Under the pieces are notes generated by a model that saw only the letters and a program-made list of their open reading frames with translations, did not search any database and was not told the DNA's origin. Source: Magallana gigas (lineage: Eukaryota). Taken from it: a stretch of 64,000 nucleotides of DNA. Made by a program: the position numbers and the translations under genes. Shown in pieces: positions 26,433 to 54,259 of the stretch (position 1 is the stretch's first letter; each line of letters begins with the position of its first letter). The stretch is from NCBI RefSeq assembly GCF_963853765.1, contig NC_088858.1, positions 6,572,001-6,636,000 on the forward strand, given 5' to 3'.

Positions 26433-29321
26433 TGGTCTTTAATGTCCTCTCTGGCTTTGCAGGAGTGATCATTGCTGATGGGTTCTGTATTTTTCTGACA
26501 GTTTTACTCCCTTTATACCCTTATGCTACCTTCATACTACCATCTTTGCACTCACTGCAGTTTTGTTTTAACTGCATAGTCAAATCATTTTCAATTATGC
26601 AAAAAATTGAGTGTTGTCCATATTATCTCTTTCTTCCATAAAGAATGAAAAAATCTATTTTAAAGAACAATAACGTTTCATACAAATTCAAAACTACATT
26701 CTTAAATACATGTAATACATGTAGAAGGTTTTCTTTGGTGGCCCCCTGTCTGATCAATAATTGATATATGCCCACATTTTGTGCAAAATGTTCAATCATG
26801 TGAAAAAAGCTTTTAAACTAAATTAACACAAAGAACAAATATAATGCCTATGACATTTTAAGATATTGATTTGTATAACATTATTGTTATTTCTTTTACA
26901 AACGTCACAGTAAAAACCTAGCTAATATATGCTTACCATAAATACATGTATAGCCTATATGTTTAAATTCAGAGTTATTCCCCTTTAGATGCCTCCATCA
27001 TCATCTACAAATTTCCTCTTTGACTACCATTTAGAGCAATCTGATTAAAACAGATCCTTGATCTGCTCGTTGTTTCTCTATTGTCGCTACTGATGTATTG
27101 ACAATAGATTCAGATACATGTATTACCAAATTTTATCAGTTAGATATATTTACAATATCAGTTAGAAATACAAACAATATGTTATAGAGTTTGTGACAAG
27201 TAGGACTGTAGAAATATCATTGGGTCATGGTACACATTGTGACATCAATGTGGATGAAAGTAAATCATATTCCAAATATATGTACCGGTATGTTATCACC
27301 ATTTTAAAAATGTTCAATATTTGACCATAAAATGCATTTTTAAAAATTTGTATAAAAGTAAAAAATGTAAAATCCCAACCTATATGTTTCAAACTCATGA
27401 CTTAAGATCAGTTACAAGTATATATACTTAATCCTATTGCACTAGCTACACTTTTGGACACCTGCAAATTCGGTAAAGGAAACATTAAGACACAAAGCCA
27501 ACAACAAATGATGAGGAATAAGTCTTTAGATTAAGCTCTTTTTTATTTTCTTTGACTTTTGACAGCAAAGAAATTCAGTTGGTTTAAAGGTTCAATTCAG
27601 TTATGTTTTGCAATAAAATTGTCTAATGTTCACTAAAACCAAAGGTTAATTGCCCTGAAACAGGATCTGTATATGAAGCATGAGAAGCAGAGCTCTGTGG
27701 CCCCCTAATCTCTTTACTGGTACCCAAATCCTCTGAACCAAGAAACCGCAGAGTGCAAAAACTGCATTAAATTTAAAGTCTCGTGTTCATTTATGTTATG
27801 TAAGATTTAACAGTTAAAAATATGTGCATGAAACAATTAATTATATTCATTTGTCATTTAATGTGGCATCTCAAATAACCATTTGAGGCACAGACTACAC
27901 AAGGGAAAACATTCATGTGTTATTTTCAGCTGAAATTAAACACCTGCAGCTTTAGATCCTTGTAAAATATCACATTATGCTTGTATTTCCATAATGCAAT
28001 TTAGCCGATATCTTTTTTTAATTTAAAACACAAGCAATTACTCTACATTGATAAAGAAATTAATTTCACAACAATAACAAATTCTTGTCAGATTTGTGAC
28101 AATTATATCACAGACACTACAACAACAGTTTTATTTTTTGTTTGCTTAGACTCGAGCAGTGCTTTTTCTTTTAAAGAAGATAAGCATGCATTTGTTTTAT
28201 ATTGATTACAAAACTCCCTGTAAACTTGTCAAAGATGGCTTTATTTCTCCAGATAGATTCATTTTTTTCTATTTGTGAATAGTTCAATTTTAGTACACCA
28301 TTTATAGTACTTTTTTTCCTAATTGAAAAAAAAGAAACAACAGAATAACAACTGCAGCATTGCCAATATTTACTGTAATATCTATCAAATTTACAAAAAA
28401 TCTATGTTGATTCCAACAAAGGAAGAATAACAGAACTGGTTTTCCCCCAGATTTGAAAGCCATATTAAGATTGCATTGTACACTTTTTGTTTGATGAGAG
28501 ACGGATGGTTGAATGAGGCCTTACTGTATTTTTAAAATAAAACTTCTTTTGATGAATGCTGATATGAATTGTCAAACACTCTAAAGAAAAGACAAACCTT
28601 TGGTAAATTTTGTGCGCAAAATTAATGAAAACAGTTATTAAAACTTGTATAAAAATTTGTTTAAAATAATTTATGATCTATGGATTTAGACTGCAAGGCT
28701 GCGATGCACAATATTAAAATAATATTCTGGTTGGCAATTTAATGTGTAATGCTAAACTTAAGTAACTGGTAGTTTAAATTTATTGGCAAGTCCTTCAAAA
28801 CAGCCAGTGAAGACATGATTTTAGTGTGACTAGGTGGTCACCAAATTCAGCATAAGATCTGCCTTAAACTTTGATAAACTAACATTACGTAAAGAAAAAA
28901 TCCAAATTGTTCAGCATTAAAATTTTAGTTTGTTCCTATATCTTTACACAGAGATCTTGTTTATAAGGAGGTAAATATAGCCTAAATATGGCCACAACTA
29001 TCCAGCCCTCTTAATCAGACTGCAAATATCTAACAGGGAAATTGAAGCAAACCAATATAGTCGCAAATTTTAGGATTCATTGAATTTAATAATTCAAAAG
29101 ATGTTACCTTTAATTATCACAAAGCACCATGGGCAACATCTGCCAATATATATTTAACATTAATTACATTTACCGTAATATTCCTAAAAATTAATTATTT
29201 TTTTCGACCTACATTTTTATGTAAAATCAATGTTTTACCATAAGAATTATTGATATTGTGGCAGTGGTGTACTGTGGTATTAAACCTTGAATCAACAAAA
29301 CTAAATAGCTTCATCAAATAA

Positions 29322-29327
29322 TTTATT
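29322..29327 (-). terminator. Candidate EFL1 polyadenylation signal
   Basis: AATAAA on the minus strand about 47 nt after the stop codon. Confidence 0.4.
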
Positions 29328-29373
29328 CAAATAGACATAACAGACATTATAGATTTTTCTAAACACAACAACG

Positions 29374-42867
<13,494 letters not shown>

Positions 42868-45800
42868 GTTGACGTATCACTTGCTTGTTTTAAGATGTTT
42901 ATCACACAACTTCTTTGAATCTAAATGACATGATCAAGAACGTGATATTTTGGTGATTTTTATTCCATGCTGAAATACCCATTCATAGTCATTCATTTAC
43001 TTATCCATTATACTGAATTGTGTATGTAAGTAAAACACTTGAATGCTTTAGATTGTGAGTTTTAAAGTAAAAGAAAAATCCGACATGAAAGACTCTCTTT
43101 ATTCCGGGATGGTATATCCCCCGATGTGTCTTCTTTAATAAAAAAAAAAATAAAGAATAATGCGGATCTAGACAATTTTCTCAGGGGGGTCCAAGAGGAA
43201 GGAAAAGGGGGGGGGGGTGTTTTGATGCCTAATTATGGTAATTTTATGTTAATCTAATAATGTAGAATGTTCCGCCCCCTCCCCTCTAATTTAAGGACAG
43301 ATAAATCTATGTGTAAGAGAGAGGTTCTGTGTATGCCAGTTTTATACCGATAGCTATAATTTATATCATAAGTTATGGGTTTCACCATGGGTTAAACATT
43401 TCTACCGTATAATAAATGGATATATGATACGGTCTATAATTAATCTGTCAGTTTCTATTAAAATTCATTTTAGCACGCTTTCATGCTTGTATTATATTCA
43501 GCGTTAATTGAGATTTAAAAGCAAATTGATGTATGCATTAGGAAAAAAAAAATTTTTTGGCAAAAGTGTAGCTCAAAATATGATTCTAAATGTGATCCAA
43601 AATTTTTCAATGATGCCATTCCTTTAAATGGTTATCTAAATTATGCTGGAACCTTAAATTTTGTCTTCAATTTGATCTTTAATCTCTAATGACTTCTGAA
43701 TACTTCGTTTGCAGGCACGTATCACCAATTTCTAATTGGAGTGGGCGGAATGTTTCCTGCGAGAAAAAACGGGTCACCCCCCCTTCCCAATCCCCAAAGA
43801 TACGTACCTGGTTTGTAACTTACTACATTCATTGATACTTGGATACATAACCAAGTAGTCAACAGTATTTGGCTAATAAAATCTAAGTTTATATTAAACA
43901 ACAACTATCAGATCAGTTTTTTAAAACAGGGAATCAAAATGCAACAATTCCTTTGATGTGTGATATATAAACCTAGTATTTGCTTTTTCCGACTTTAAAT
44001 TTGAGACGTCAATTTGACGTGCACTGCAGCAAAAGCATAATCGATTATAAATTAATAAACTATAAAGTGTCAAATACCGAAGCACTAAAACAATATCTGA
44101 CTATTGCATTTTTAATAAGAAGAGTACTCATCTTGTTTTTTAAGTTTTTTAAGTTTTTAAAGTACACGTGATTTATTAAGTGTCGTTTATATATTTTACA
44201 ATGTACCATACACAAATTTAGACAGTCGTAGAAGTTGTCGTATAATATATTCTGTCGCCAATACGTTTCATAAATACACGTATACGTGAATACCATGTAT
44301 GTTATACCAAGAATCGAACACCAATCCAGCCAACTAGATAATGGACTTGGTCATATGACAAATTACGAGCGCAACTTATGTCAATTAGAATTTTATATTT
44401 CCTGCGTATTTGTCACAGGCACTTGGGGCATGGATATCCCCTCGAACAACAACAGCTTTATCCGTTTGAAAAAAAAAATACGTTTTAATATGCATAATAC
44501 CTTATCGATGATTTAATTAATCGTCTTTTTAAGCTTGTTTTAAAAATAGCGGTTTTCGACTGACGTTTAAAAATGTCAGCCGAAAGTGCGATTTTTAAAA
44601 GTTAACTAAATTACAAAAGAATATTTTTGCTTTTTATACGTGTATGATCCGGTAAAGCATCAAATCAAATTTAACTCAACATGAAATTTAGTTTCCGATT
44701 CAATCCATTAGACAATTGTATTATATGATATTCCATTGTTTTGCGTACCGTTTTAAACGACTCCTTTTTTGTTTCATTGAATAGCAAGCTTTAGTTTGTT
44801 GTAATATTCTGTGCACCATTGATGTACTAAAGCGCACCGATCCGCTGATACAGATTATATCCTATAATTTGAGGCACCGTCCGATATTCATATAATTTTT
44901 CTAAGATCAGAGGTAATACATTGATACCTGTCTACTCATTTCAAGCTAAAGTGCAAACATTCAAACGTTTAAATGATGAAATGAAATCGAAAAAAACCAG
45001 AAAAAATAATGATATATTCATGATTAAATATCATATCATATACATGTAAACGGGGGAAAATTGTTTATCACATTAAATCCGCGTGGTTTCTTCGCGTGAA
45101 AATCATGTTCGAACGTTAGCCCCAATGTATGTTTCGATGGTTTTTTTTATTAAGGATAAATACATGAATTAATGATAATTCATTTATCTAAATATTTCAA
45201 CCATAAGCGCATCATATTTTACTAAACGCGAATTTAAAAAATAATAGCGACCTTTTTTCTTTCTTTCAATGTCATTGTTATTTGAGATTATGTATTCATG
45301 GAATGTCATTATTATAGATTTAAAGATTTTAAAATCTAAAATTACTTTCGACTAATCGAAGTCCTTGCCGTTTTTGTGGACTTTACGGCCAATCTGTGCA
45401 GTCAAGTGTTTGACGATGCTCCCACACATTAAACAGCGCTCTCATTCACACATGGGTCCCATTGATTGACCCTCGAAAGCAAACAGCAGTAACCGGGCTC
45501 AAACCAGAGGTATAAACAGTGATAATCCTAAATAAATAATTATATGGCCTGTCTGTCTATAACACTGTCAGTGCACCTGTAACACCACACCCCCCAATAG
45601 AAATAGCACGGAAAACAGAAGCCAATTCTTTCAGAAACTAAAGAGAACTAAACCTAATTGAGATGTGACAATGTGCATGTCCATCATGTGATGATATTAT
45701 TAATTTATTATAATACAATATATCACAATCAGTTATCAAAATAATGATATACACATACATGTTATTTTGCCTGCATCTTTAATCTTATTTCCGCTGTTTT

Positions 45801-46323
45801 AAAAAACTCGCTGTTCGGCCTTGAGCAGACATTGTTTAGTAAAAATACCTTCTGATTTTAAACACAGTCAAGTACCTGAAGTTAAAACATTACCTTTTGT
45901 TGGTAACTGTGACAAAAAATTCTGATAATTTTCTACCTATATAAAAAAAAAATATTCTAAATGCCAAAATCGGATGATTCAGAAGTCCTGAAATTTGCAT
46001 CAGCGAAGTGATATGTCGAATTGGGGGTGTTTTTTGTTAGCGCAACTTATACCCCGGGTCCTCTTTTCTCTCTGGTGCCCCCACACGTTTGTTTAAATTA
46101 CCTTCATCTATCAATATGAGTGGGGAAACTATAGAAAGAACGTAGTGTGCGAAAGACACTGAATCATGCAGCGACTGAAAAAAAACCTAATATACTAGTC
46201 TACTGTTTGGGGAATAACTTTAATGCACATTCAGAGCTATTATTCTTGAATTCTTATAGACATGGTCTTGGGCGTAAGAATACAGCACGTTAAATACACA
46301 GGAATAACGTACAAGAGCAGTCA

Positions 46324-46331
46324 TGACGTCA
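46324..46331. promoter_or_regulatory. Perfect CRE palindrome TGACGTCA about 2.2 kb upstream of the peptide gene
   Basis: Motif match only. A TATA-like TATAAATA also lies about 140 nt upstream of the peptide ATG. Confidence 0.25.
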
Positions 46332-48527
46332 CCAACACTTCAGAATCATGGGCGGTTTACTCAGAGAATTGCCATAAAGTAACCATTAAGATCTTTAATT
46401 TTCTATGTACTGTATAATATGCTTTGAAATCCCCAAGAGAGCGTTAATGTAATTCAAAGAATAGTCTAGAATCAATTTCTTGCAAAATTCTTGATCCATT
46501 AATGAATTTAATCAGACGTTTTGGGATAGCAATGTTTTAATTACCAGATAGTTGTTAAGGATAGACCATGAAACAGACAGTTATTTAAATATAGACAACA
46601 AAATGCTCTAAGGAATTTTCCCTTGTGAATCTAGAATTCAACATATTTGATATTTATGTTAGTTTATACGACAATTGACAATATATATACCAGAAACATA
46701 AATGATGCAATCTGTATTAATTTACATACATGTATATATATACACCCTGTTATTATCCTATCACATACTGCAGAAATTCTGTTATTATTACACAGCTATT
46801 GACAAAACCAAATCATAAGGTATGCATTTCTTAGATTGTTCAAAACAGCCTTCAAACGTAAATTTAGTTTTGCGTGAATTATTTCGTGATGGCTACAGAG
46901 GCTTTCCAAGAAGTTCTAGTAACTTCCAGGTACGAAAGAATTGGCCGTTCATTTCATGCAAATTACCGATCACATCAAAAATGGGATTCTTTATTATCGT
47001 TGACCTATAAGACCTATGCGACTTATGAGTTGACTAAAATGTTTATACCCACATGTACTAAAAAAAAAATCCACTGATGTGGGTTTGCTGCATTTTTTTT
47101 TCTACCTTCAACCATGCATGAACCACTGAAGAAAGTATTTATTGTTTATATTTAAATGAACAAAGAAGAAAAGAAGCCAATCCGATATTTCAATCTTCAT
47201 TTTAAAAGTTTGGTGTTTTTTTTACATATGTAGCTAAAAAATATGTTTCATTTATTCTAATCCCGATTAAATAGGGATGGGAGATTCCAGCGATATAGGT
47301 TTATGGGTCAGTTCCGGTGGTTTATGACTCGATAAATGTAAGATTTGTTCTTTAACAATCAATATTGACATACTTTTATGTTGATTAATTACTTTGGGAA
47401 AAAAAGAAGAATTCGATCTACATACAGTTAAAAAATGAGGCATCTTTCAATACAGTGTGCTACCCCCCCCCCCCCCCCCCACCAGATATCTTGTAAAGTA
47501 CTAAATATTCTTCAACTGACAGAAGATCACCCCAGTAATTCATCTCAATCAGCAGACTACAGGAGTATTCGACGTTTAGCATTGCATCAAGCCAAGTGGG
47601 AAAAATTGTACCCGCCTATTTCCGATAAGCGGATTATAAATGTCTCGGAGTCCCCAACTCAAAGTCAGCATTTCTGAAATCTCACTGCCAGGCAAGGGTA
47701 AGAGCTTACCATTAATGACTATCATTATTGTTACTCGTATGGATTTATTTATTTTTTTGGATAATTTTATTTGATTTTAAAAACAATTATTTTGAAATTT
47801 ATAAAGAAATCCAAATAATCGATACCGAATTTTGTGAATTTTAGCAACCACATTCGAACTTATAATTATTTTCATACATTTCCTTAGAGTAATAACAGTT
47901 AGATTAAGAACGAATAAGGTTTTAATTTTTTTGGGGGGGGTGTTAAATAGTGAAGTTTTGCCCTTTATTGATTTCATTACTTAAAAAAATGTTAATCTTC
48001 CAGAATTCTCCTTTACATGCATGGTATAGTTCATTAAGATACCAATTACGAAGCTTCTTTTGGTGGGTGGATATTGTCATTGAGTTTTAATAATTATATA
48101 TAACAGCCGCAATTACATGAATGGATACCCCCTATCGATTGCTATCACGTAAGGAATTGCGAAATCTAGCGAAATCAGCGTCACCGGAACGCGAGCCCGC
48201 GATTTTCATTTACACAAGGATTAAGTATCGAATGGCATAAAGTGTTAAATTTTTGTTATCTGTTTATCAAATACGACCCTCCCTTCTAAGTTATCTGGGG
48301 AATTTCAAGGATGATGGAGGGACTGTGTACCCCCTGACCGTCTGTGTTAGAAAATAGAACACCACTAAATACAGTTACCCAGATATAAATAGATATTACT
48401 ACAGACATATGATATGATAAACGTCTAAAGTCAAGAATTCATTGAACCATGCCATTTTCGATCATTTACAAATATTAAGAAGGAAACCTCTGTTTCTCAT
48501 TTTTTTGGGCATTTGTTCTTTAATTAG

Positions 48528-48812
48528 ATGAAGTTATCAATGGTCCAGACGATGGCAGCCCTGTCTCTTGTTCTGCTTCTGGTGTCAACCACGTGGGCCT
48601 ACCCTTCACAGATCCTAGGAAACAGACTCAAACGTTCAAGTTTCTCACTGGACGCCTTCCAAATCACAAAGTGTTCCATGAGCGAAGCGGTGAACACTAT
48701 TTGCTACGTCTGCGGAAGGACTTACGACAGTATGGAAATTTACAGTCAGTGTTGTGCCGGAAATGACGCAAACTTAGTAGCTTTCTGCGAAGGAGTGTTC
48801 AACACAAGATAG
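48528..48812 (+). CDS. Secreted cysteine-rich prepropeptide (neuropeptide/hormone-like; CHH/ITP-like core, family unassigned), 94 aa
   Basis: A hydrophobic signal peptide (MKLSMVQTMAALSLVLLLVSTTWA) is followed by a short propeptide ending RLKR and a 58-aa mature region with 6 Cys (C-x9-C-x2-C-x12-CC-x10-C). The ATG directly follows a strong acceptor (tttgttctttaattag), implying an upstream UTR exon. AATAAA lies at 49056-49061. Confidence 0.85.
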   Translation: MKLSMVQTMAALSLVLLLVSTTWAYPSQILGNRLKRSSFSLDAFQITKCSMSEAVNTICYVCGRTYDSMEIYSQCCAGNDANLVAFCEGVFNTR

Positions 48813-51800
48813 TGAACAGCAAGACAGTTTATTCTTCAAAATCTCGAAAGATCTCATCTTCCAAATTGAAAACACTTCAAATGAATCTCTAGGACCAATT
48901 TACGTGCATCCTGAGTAATGAGGTTGTTCCCCAGTTTTACTTGCGATTGTGTGCTGCGTTTTATGAACTTATTTTTGAATTATTATTGAGGATTTGTATC
49001 TTTATTAAAGATACTTGCAATCTTGCATATATATTTTTTATATATTTTGTTACACAATAAACATTTTTTGCAAATCTCTAGTTAAAGTTGTTATATTTTG
49101 TATTTTGAATACCATCTTGAACACTATAACAAATATTTTGTTTCTTTTGTTAATATCTTGAACACTATAACATAAATGTATCTTCATATAGATACTGCAA
49201 CAAACTAATTCAGAAATATTTCATCAAAACATACAACTTCAATATTTGATTGGGAAAACCTACGATATTTCATTCAAGGCGATATCACGGACAAGATATC
49301 GTACGATATAAGTCGTTAATCTTTATAGGGTAATAAAATATTCAGAAATGCACAAGATTTAATCAAAACATTTTATTTCAAATCATATAAGGTAGGTATA
49401 TCAAAATGGTATCTAGTTGAAATAATGCTGATTAATCGTTTGAAATCAATTTGGTCATAAGCTCTCTCCTGAAACGTTGCCGCATTGGTTTCGGCTTCAT
49501 AGTGATCTTGTATAAATTATAAATAGTGTCCAAGAGAGTTTATATATCCGTTACGCCTTTAGTTCCACTGTTATCTATGCTATCTATGGTTCCATATGTC
49601 TCAATCCTGTCTACCATGGAACAGATGCTGCAAACAATAGTGGTAAACCAGAGACTTTTGGACGATAACGATTTTCGACCACAGAGTCGCTGCCCAGTGG
49701 TTTTCCAGCTGTCTCTTCAACCACTTAGAATTCTGTTCATCTATTTTAGGACCAATTGAAGTCTTCTCGAGTCTCCTAAACATCTTGCTATGGTTCATTC
49801 TTAGCATTAGTAATGATATTTAAGTAAAAGAGGGATTTATTTTATTTCTTTAAATAAACTTACTGTCGGCAATCAAAACGGAATCAAATGCTTCCCCACG
49901 AACAAGTAAATACTACTTATATTATTACACGAACTACAAATTTTAGTATAAAATCAAAGATCCAAAAATATATCTAATGTAGACCAGAAAAAGATCATGT
50001 GAAAGATAATAAGGAAATGAGTCGTTCTCAGTGTCAGATACACATCTATAATTGTTCTAAGGAAGTCCCAGGAAGAAGCTAAGACCAAACAGTGAGGACG
50101 TCATCAAAGTATAAGTATTGTCTAACCGTGAGTTTCATGTTTCAAGTTTCAAGTTTTATGCGTTGCAAAATGTGTCTTATCGAATGACCAACAGAAGGTA
50201 TTAATGAAACTGTAAAGTACGGACATGTTTGCTGAAACACCCTATATTAAATGAAGGGGAACTTGTAAGTAACAGTAATTTTTTTCCCAACCCCATAGAA
50301 TGAAAACTCGAGATAACATGCTGACGTGACCGTTAAAAGTGTTTTTTGGCGTTTTGCAATCTTGATAAATCATTACCTCAGACACACGTAGTTTTTGCAA
50401 AGAGTTACTTTCAATGTATATACTAAGTGTTCTGATTTTAGATGTCATTGTAAAAATATATTATAAAGAATTGTGTTCGTCAATATTTTTTTGGGCAAAG
50501 CGTGAAAGATATTGACGTAATAACCGGTTTGTCGCTTTCTGCAATTAAAAAAAAAACATTTTTTCTAAGGTTTGAAACAATTCTACTCATCTTGCTTTTA
50601 AAATATCATTGTCATATTTAGATATTTTAGGAAACTTGACGAATCAACGTGTGTTTTCTTATAAAGTGGACTTTTGATTCATGACTCATGAACACGAGCT
50701 GAAGGTCATCTTATTTCCATACACCGAATTTGAACTCGTTTGTAAACGTCTTTCTCAGACAAAATAAATCCATTACTATCCCCATGTTTACAATACCCCA
50801 CAATAAAACATTCTATTTTTGTTTTACAGATAGAGCTGTATTCATCGCAAAGTCATTATGCAACATCATGACCATCCTGCTATCATGCCTATTTATATGA
50901 GGTTTCTTAAAGAGAATGATACGGGGTGCACATAATTATATTGGTTTATATTGTTTAACTTTATGCATAATTATGATTCTGCAATTTTCAACATTTTATC
51001 AAAATTATATAGAAAAAGAACCTCATTAAAAAAATCCAACAAATTCTTTTAGGTCAATATAATACTTGTATAGAGTAAAACAATGGCTGTATTCATGGCT
51101 TGGACGTTTGGCAATATAACCTTGTGTTCTGCAGACCTACTGCATTTGTGTTATTTTCTAGTACCCTATTAAACGTGGGGTATAAATATAGCTATTACAA
51201 GGTCTAATCATATACGACTAAAATAGTCCAGCTCGATAAGCCGTGTCCTGATAGTGATGATGTTGTTGAGGGGTATTGCGAAGATGTGTCCTGAATGTGG
51301 GTGGTGGCCACCTCGACACATGTGTCTCTTTACGGTGACTTATTACATACTGTTATAGCATATTGATACGATGTTACCACGCTTAACACCTTTCATTAAT
51401 TTGATGAATTAAAGTTACCAACGCAAGTATATTCAAGTAGGAGAACCCAGAAACGCAGTACGAAATATACTAATATTGACTCGTTATACCTCGGTCAGCT
51501 TTTCACTTATCACAAACGCGTAGGCTCAACTCACAAAATCATTGTATTTTGTTTGAAAAAAATTCATGTATCACCTATTTCCGTTTTGTATTTCACGGTT
51601 TGTGCATTTTAACAACGCCAAAAACAAGCAAAATAAATTTTGAAAAATAAAATTCTATTTTTACTATCTCCATGGTCATAAAACTAAAATATAAAACCTT
51701 CAAATAATGTTTATTTGTTTATTGCCATAACAATCCAAAAAAGTTAACCAGATGTCTCTCACGTGATTGTCATGCATGGCCAGGCTTCAGCCAAAGTAAC

Positions 51801-51953
51801 CTTGAAGTGACGTAAAATCAATGCATATGCCGACTCTTGGACTATCAGTTCGATTGCTTTGAGTTCAAGGTGACCCAAGAGAGTGCATCGTTCTAGTAAT
51901 ACAAAATCTGAATGCTAGTACCTCTTTATCTCAATGTGAAAAATAAGATTGTA

Positions 51954-52551
51954 CAGGGTGTCCCAGAATATCCGATACCATTTACTCTTTGAATAACTTT
52001 CGATTAAATTTATCTTACTGAAAATCAAATGCATTTTTATAAATGTATATGATGTAAATTTTTACTGAACATATTTCACAAACATTCGATGGTTTTTGAC
52101 AAATTGGGCATTGTTTTTAAGAACACAACAAATTTAAAGAGAGAGCTCCATATTACGTCATTCTTGATCAATGACGACATCAAATCGATGAGTAAAATTC
52201 CTCACAACAGCCAATGTACGGATCCAATTTTCCCTAATATTTTCACTATCTAAAGAATCTGTTTCTGGTTGCGTTGTTTTCCACATGATATTAGAATAAC
52301 TGTATCTTGAATTTGCGTTTTTAGAATACAGTTTTAAAACAGAAGATGAATGCTCTCTTGTCCGATTCGTATTGAATAACATAATGTAATATTGTGACAT
52401 CACAATTCATAGAAAAGCACGTTTTTCTCCAAAACATTTTGTGGAGACAAATTAAACGATTTATAACTTTATTTGAGTCACAATTTACAAGTTTTGGCCA
52501 AATATTATTTATCCAAATTACAAATGGCATCAGATACTCTGGGACACCCTG
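51954..52551. mobile_element. Tc1/mariner-type MITE (598 bp)
   Basis: About 30-bp TIRs CAGGGTGTCCCAGAATATCCGATACCATTT / AAATGGCATCAGATACTCTGGGACACCCTG. The left flank is TA and the right flank is TC (a presumed mutated TA). No ORF is present. Confidence 0.8.
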
Positions 52552-53183
52552 TCTCTATAATAAAATCAAAACGGAGATTCTACCTAAACCGATGTATGAT
52601 AATTAACGAAGGAAAAACGGTCGTTATTCGCTGTAGCGCCACTACATACTAGACGATCATTCAAACCCCGTGAGTCTGCTAAATTTACAACCAGGTCTGA
52701 CAGAATGGCTCTTCTAGATTAAAACCCTTAAGGGATGGGTTTGGTTGTTTTTCTTTCTTTTACATGTTTTAATCTGCGTGATTCTAAAATCACGTATCTA
52801 AACTTTGTATTCTTTTTTCTTTTGCACCCATACTAAAAGACATCGTAAATTAAGGCAAAGTGTCAATATTGTTTCTAATATGATTCAGCAGATGAAAGCA
52901 ATTTGGTACTTTGAAAGACGATGGTGAGAAAAAAAACCCGTGACTTATTAATATTCCCGCAACAGTTTTACACATATCAATCACTTGTTCGAAAGAACAC
53001 AGAGGAACGTGACAAAATTATTCACCTGGTGAGGTGGTCAGGTGACACTAGTATTGAAACCCACAATTTAACTTCGAGAATTTTAGTGTGTTTCTGGTTG
53101 TATAGGTATCGACCATTCTGTAAGAAAAAAAACCGCAAGTTTGCAGTAAATGCGAACTATTTGCCTTGGTTACGAAAAGCTAG

Positions 53184-53261
53184 TGCGCATGCGCTTAGGT
53201 TGCATTGTGACTTCAAATGGCATTTTTTTTCCATTTACAATCCAAACTTTCGTCGGTAAGT
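53184..53261 (+). promoter_or_regulatory. Orphan promoter/first-exon signature
   Basis: An NRF1-type TGCGCATGCGC (53184-53194) is followed about 60 nt later by a consensus donor CG|GTAAGT (GT at 53256). Confidence 0.3.
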
Positions 53262-54259
53262 CTTTTAGTCTCCTTTCACAATCAACGTATTACTAAGTGA
53301 ACATCAAAAATTGACCGATTCTGTTCGGCACTCGAAGCCAATAATCAGATGAACTTTAAATATACCATAATAATTATAAATTACAAATAAATTCTCAAGG
53401 GGAACCAAGGGTATTTCACAATATCGCAACCGAGCCAAATGAATGTTGATAGTCTTACACAAATACAAAATATGTTACAGAACTGGAACCTCGTTAAATC
53501 TCGCATGCGAATAAAAATTCGTCTACATTATTATATGGATGGATTTGATGGTCACATCGTCGAAAACCTACAACAAGGTCTGCTTAATGACCATGGGTCA
53601 ACTTAATGAAATTATCTCGTTCTCATGAATAATTCATGCCCTATTCCAATTGGCTTTTTCGCATTTTCGTGAAAAAAAACCCTCATAAATCGCGTTAATG
53701 CTTACGCATGCATCTATTGTTTCAACAGCATGTTTTCATTAAATGATCTTTTTTATATCTCAAAAAGCTAGTTTTGTTTGTTTGTTTGGATTTTTTTTTG
53801 GTCTCATTGGTGGACTGAAAATTAATAAATACACGAATTCGAGAAAAGTTTAATAACTTTGCCCAGGAACAGTATGCGATGGCTAAAAATGTTTACGAAT
53901 ATGAAAGTGATGAAACAGTTACACTCACGATTTTCAAAAACGCAATAAAATGGATTACATGTATATTTACATGCACAATTACAATTATTATTCATGCAAT
54001 TCGGTTCTAAAATAACATTTTTGTAACATTGATTTCATTATATAAAAAATAATATTATATTCACTTTCGTACAGGTAATAGTCACAGGTGACACATTTAC
54101 TTCATCAGGGTGATATGAACAGAATTAAAAATCATTAAACTGTATCCAGTAGGGGACATTAGTTTAAAACATTGAGTGGAAATGTTTGAGAATTAAAACA
54201 AATATTCTACGACATCAAATTTGAAACAGTTACAAATATGACATATTTTTTCCAATATT

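Noticed and set aside
49371-51345. Scattered exon-like pieces (e.g. minus-strand HYEAETNAATFQERAYDQIDF at about 49.4-49.5 kb and CVEVATTHIQDTSSQYPSTTSS at about 51.25-51.33 kb; plus-strand acceptor/donor pairs at 50.0-50.9 kb)
   Set aside because: I could not join them into a phase-consistent gene model. They might be a decayed gene or a lncRNA, but the sequence alone does not support a call.
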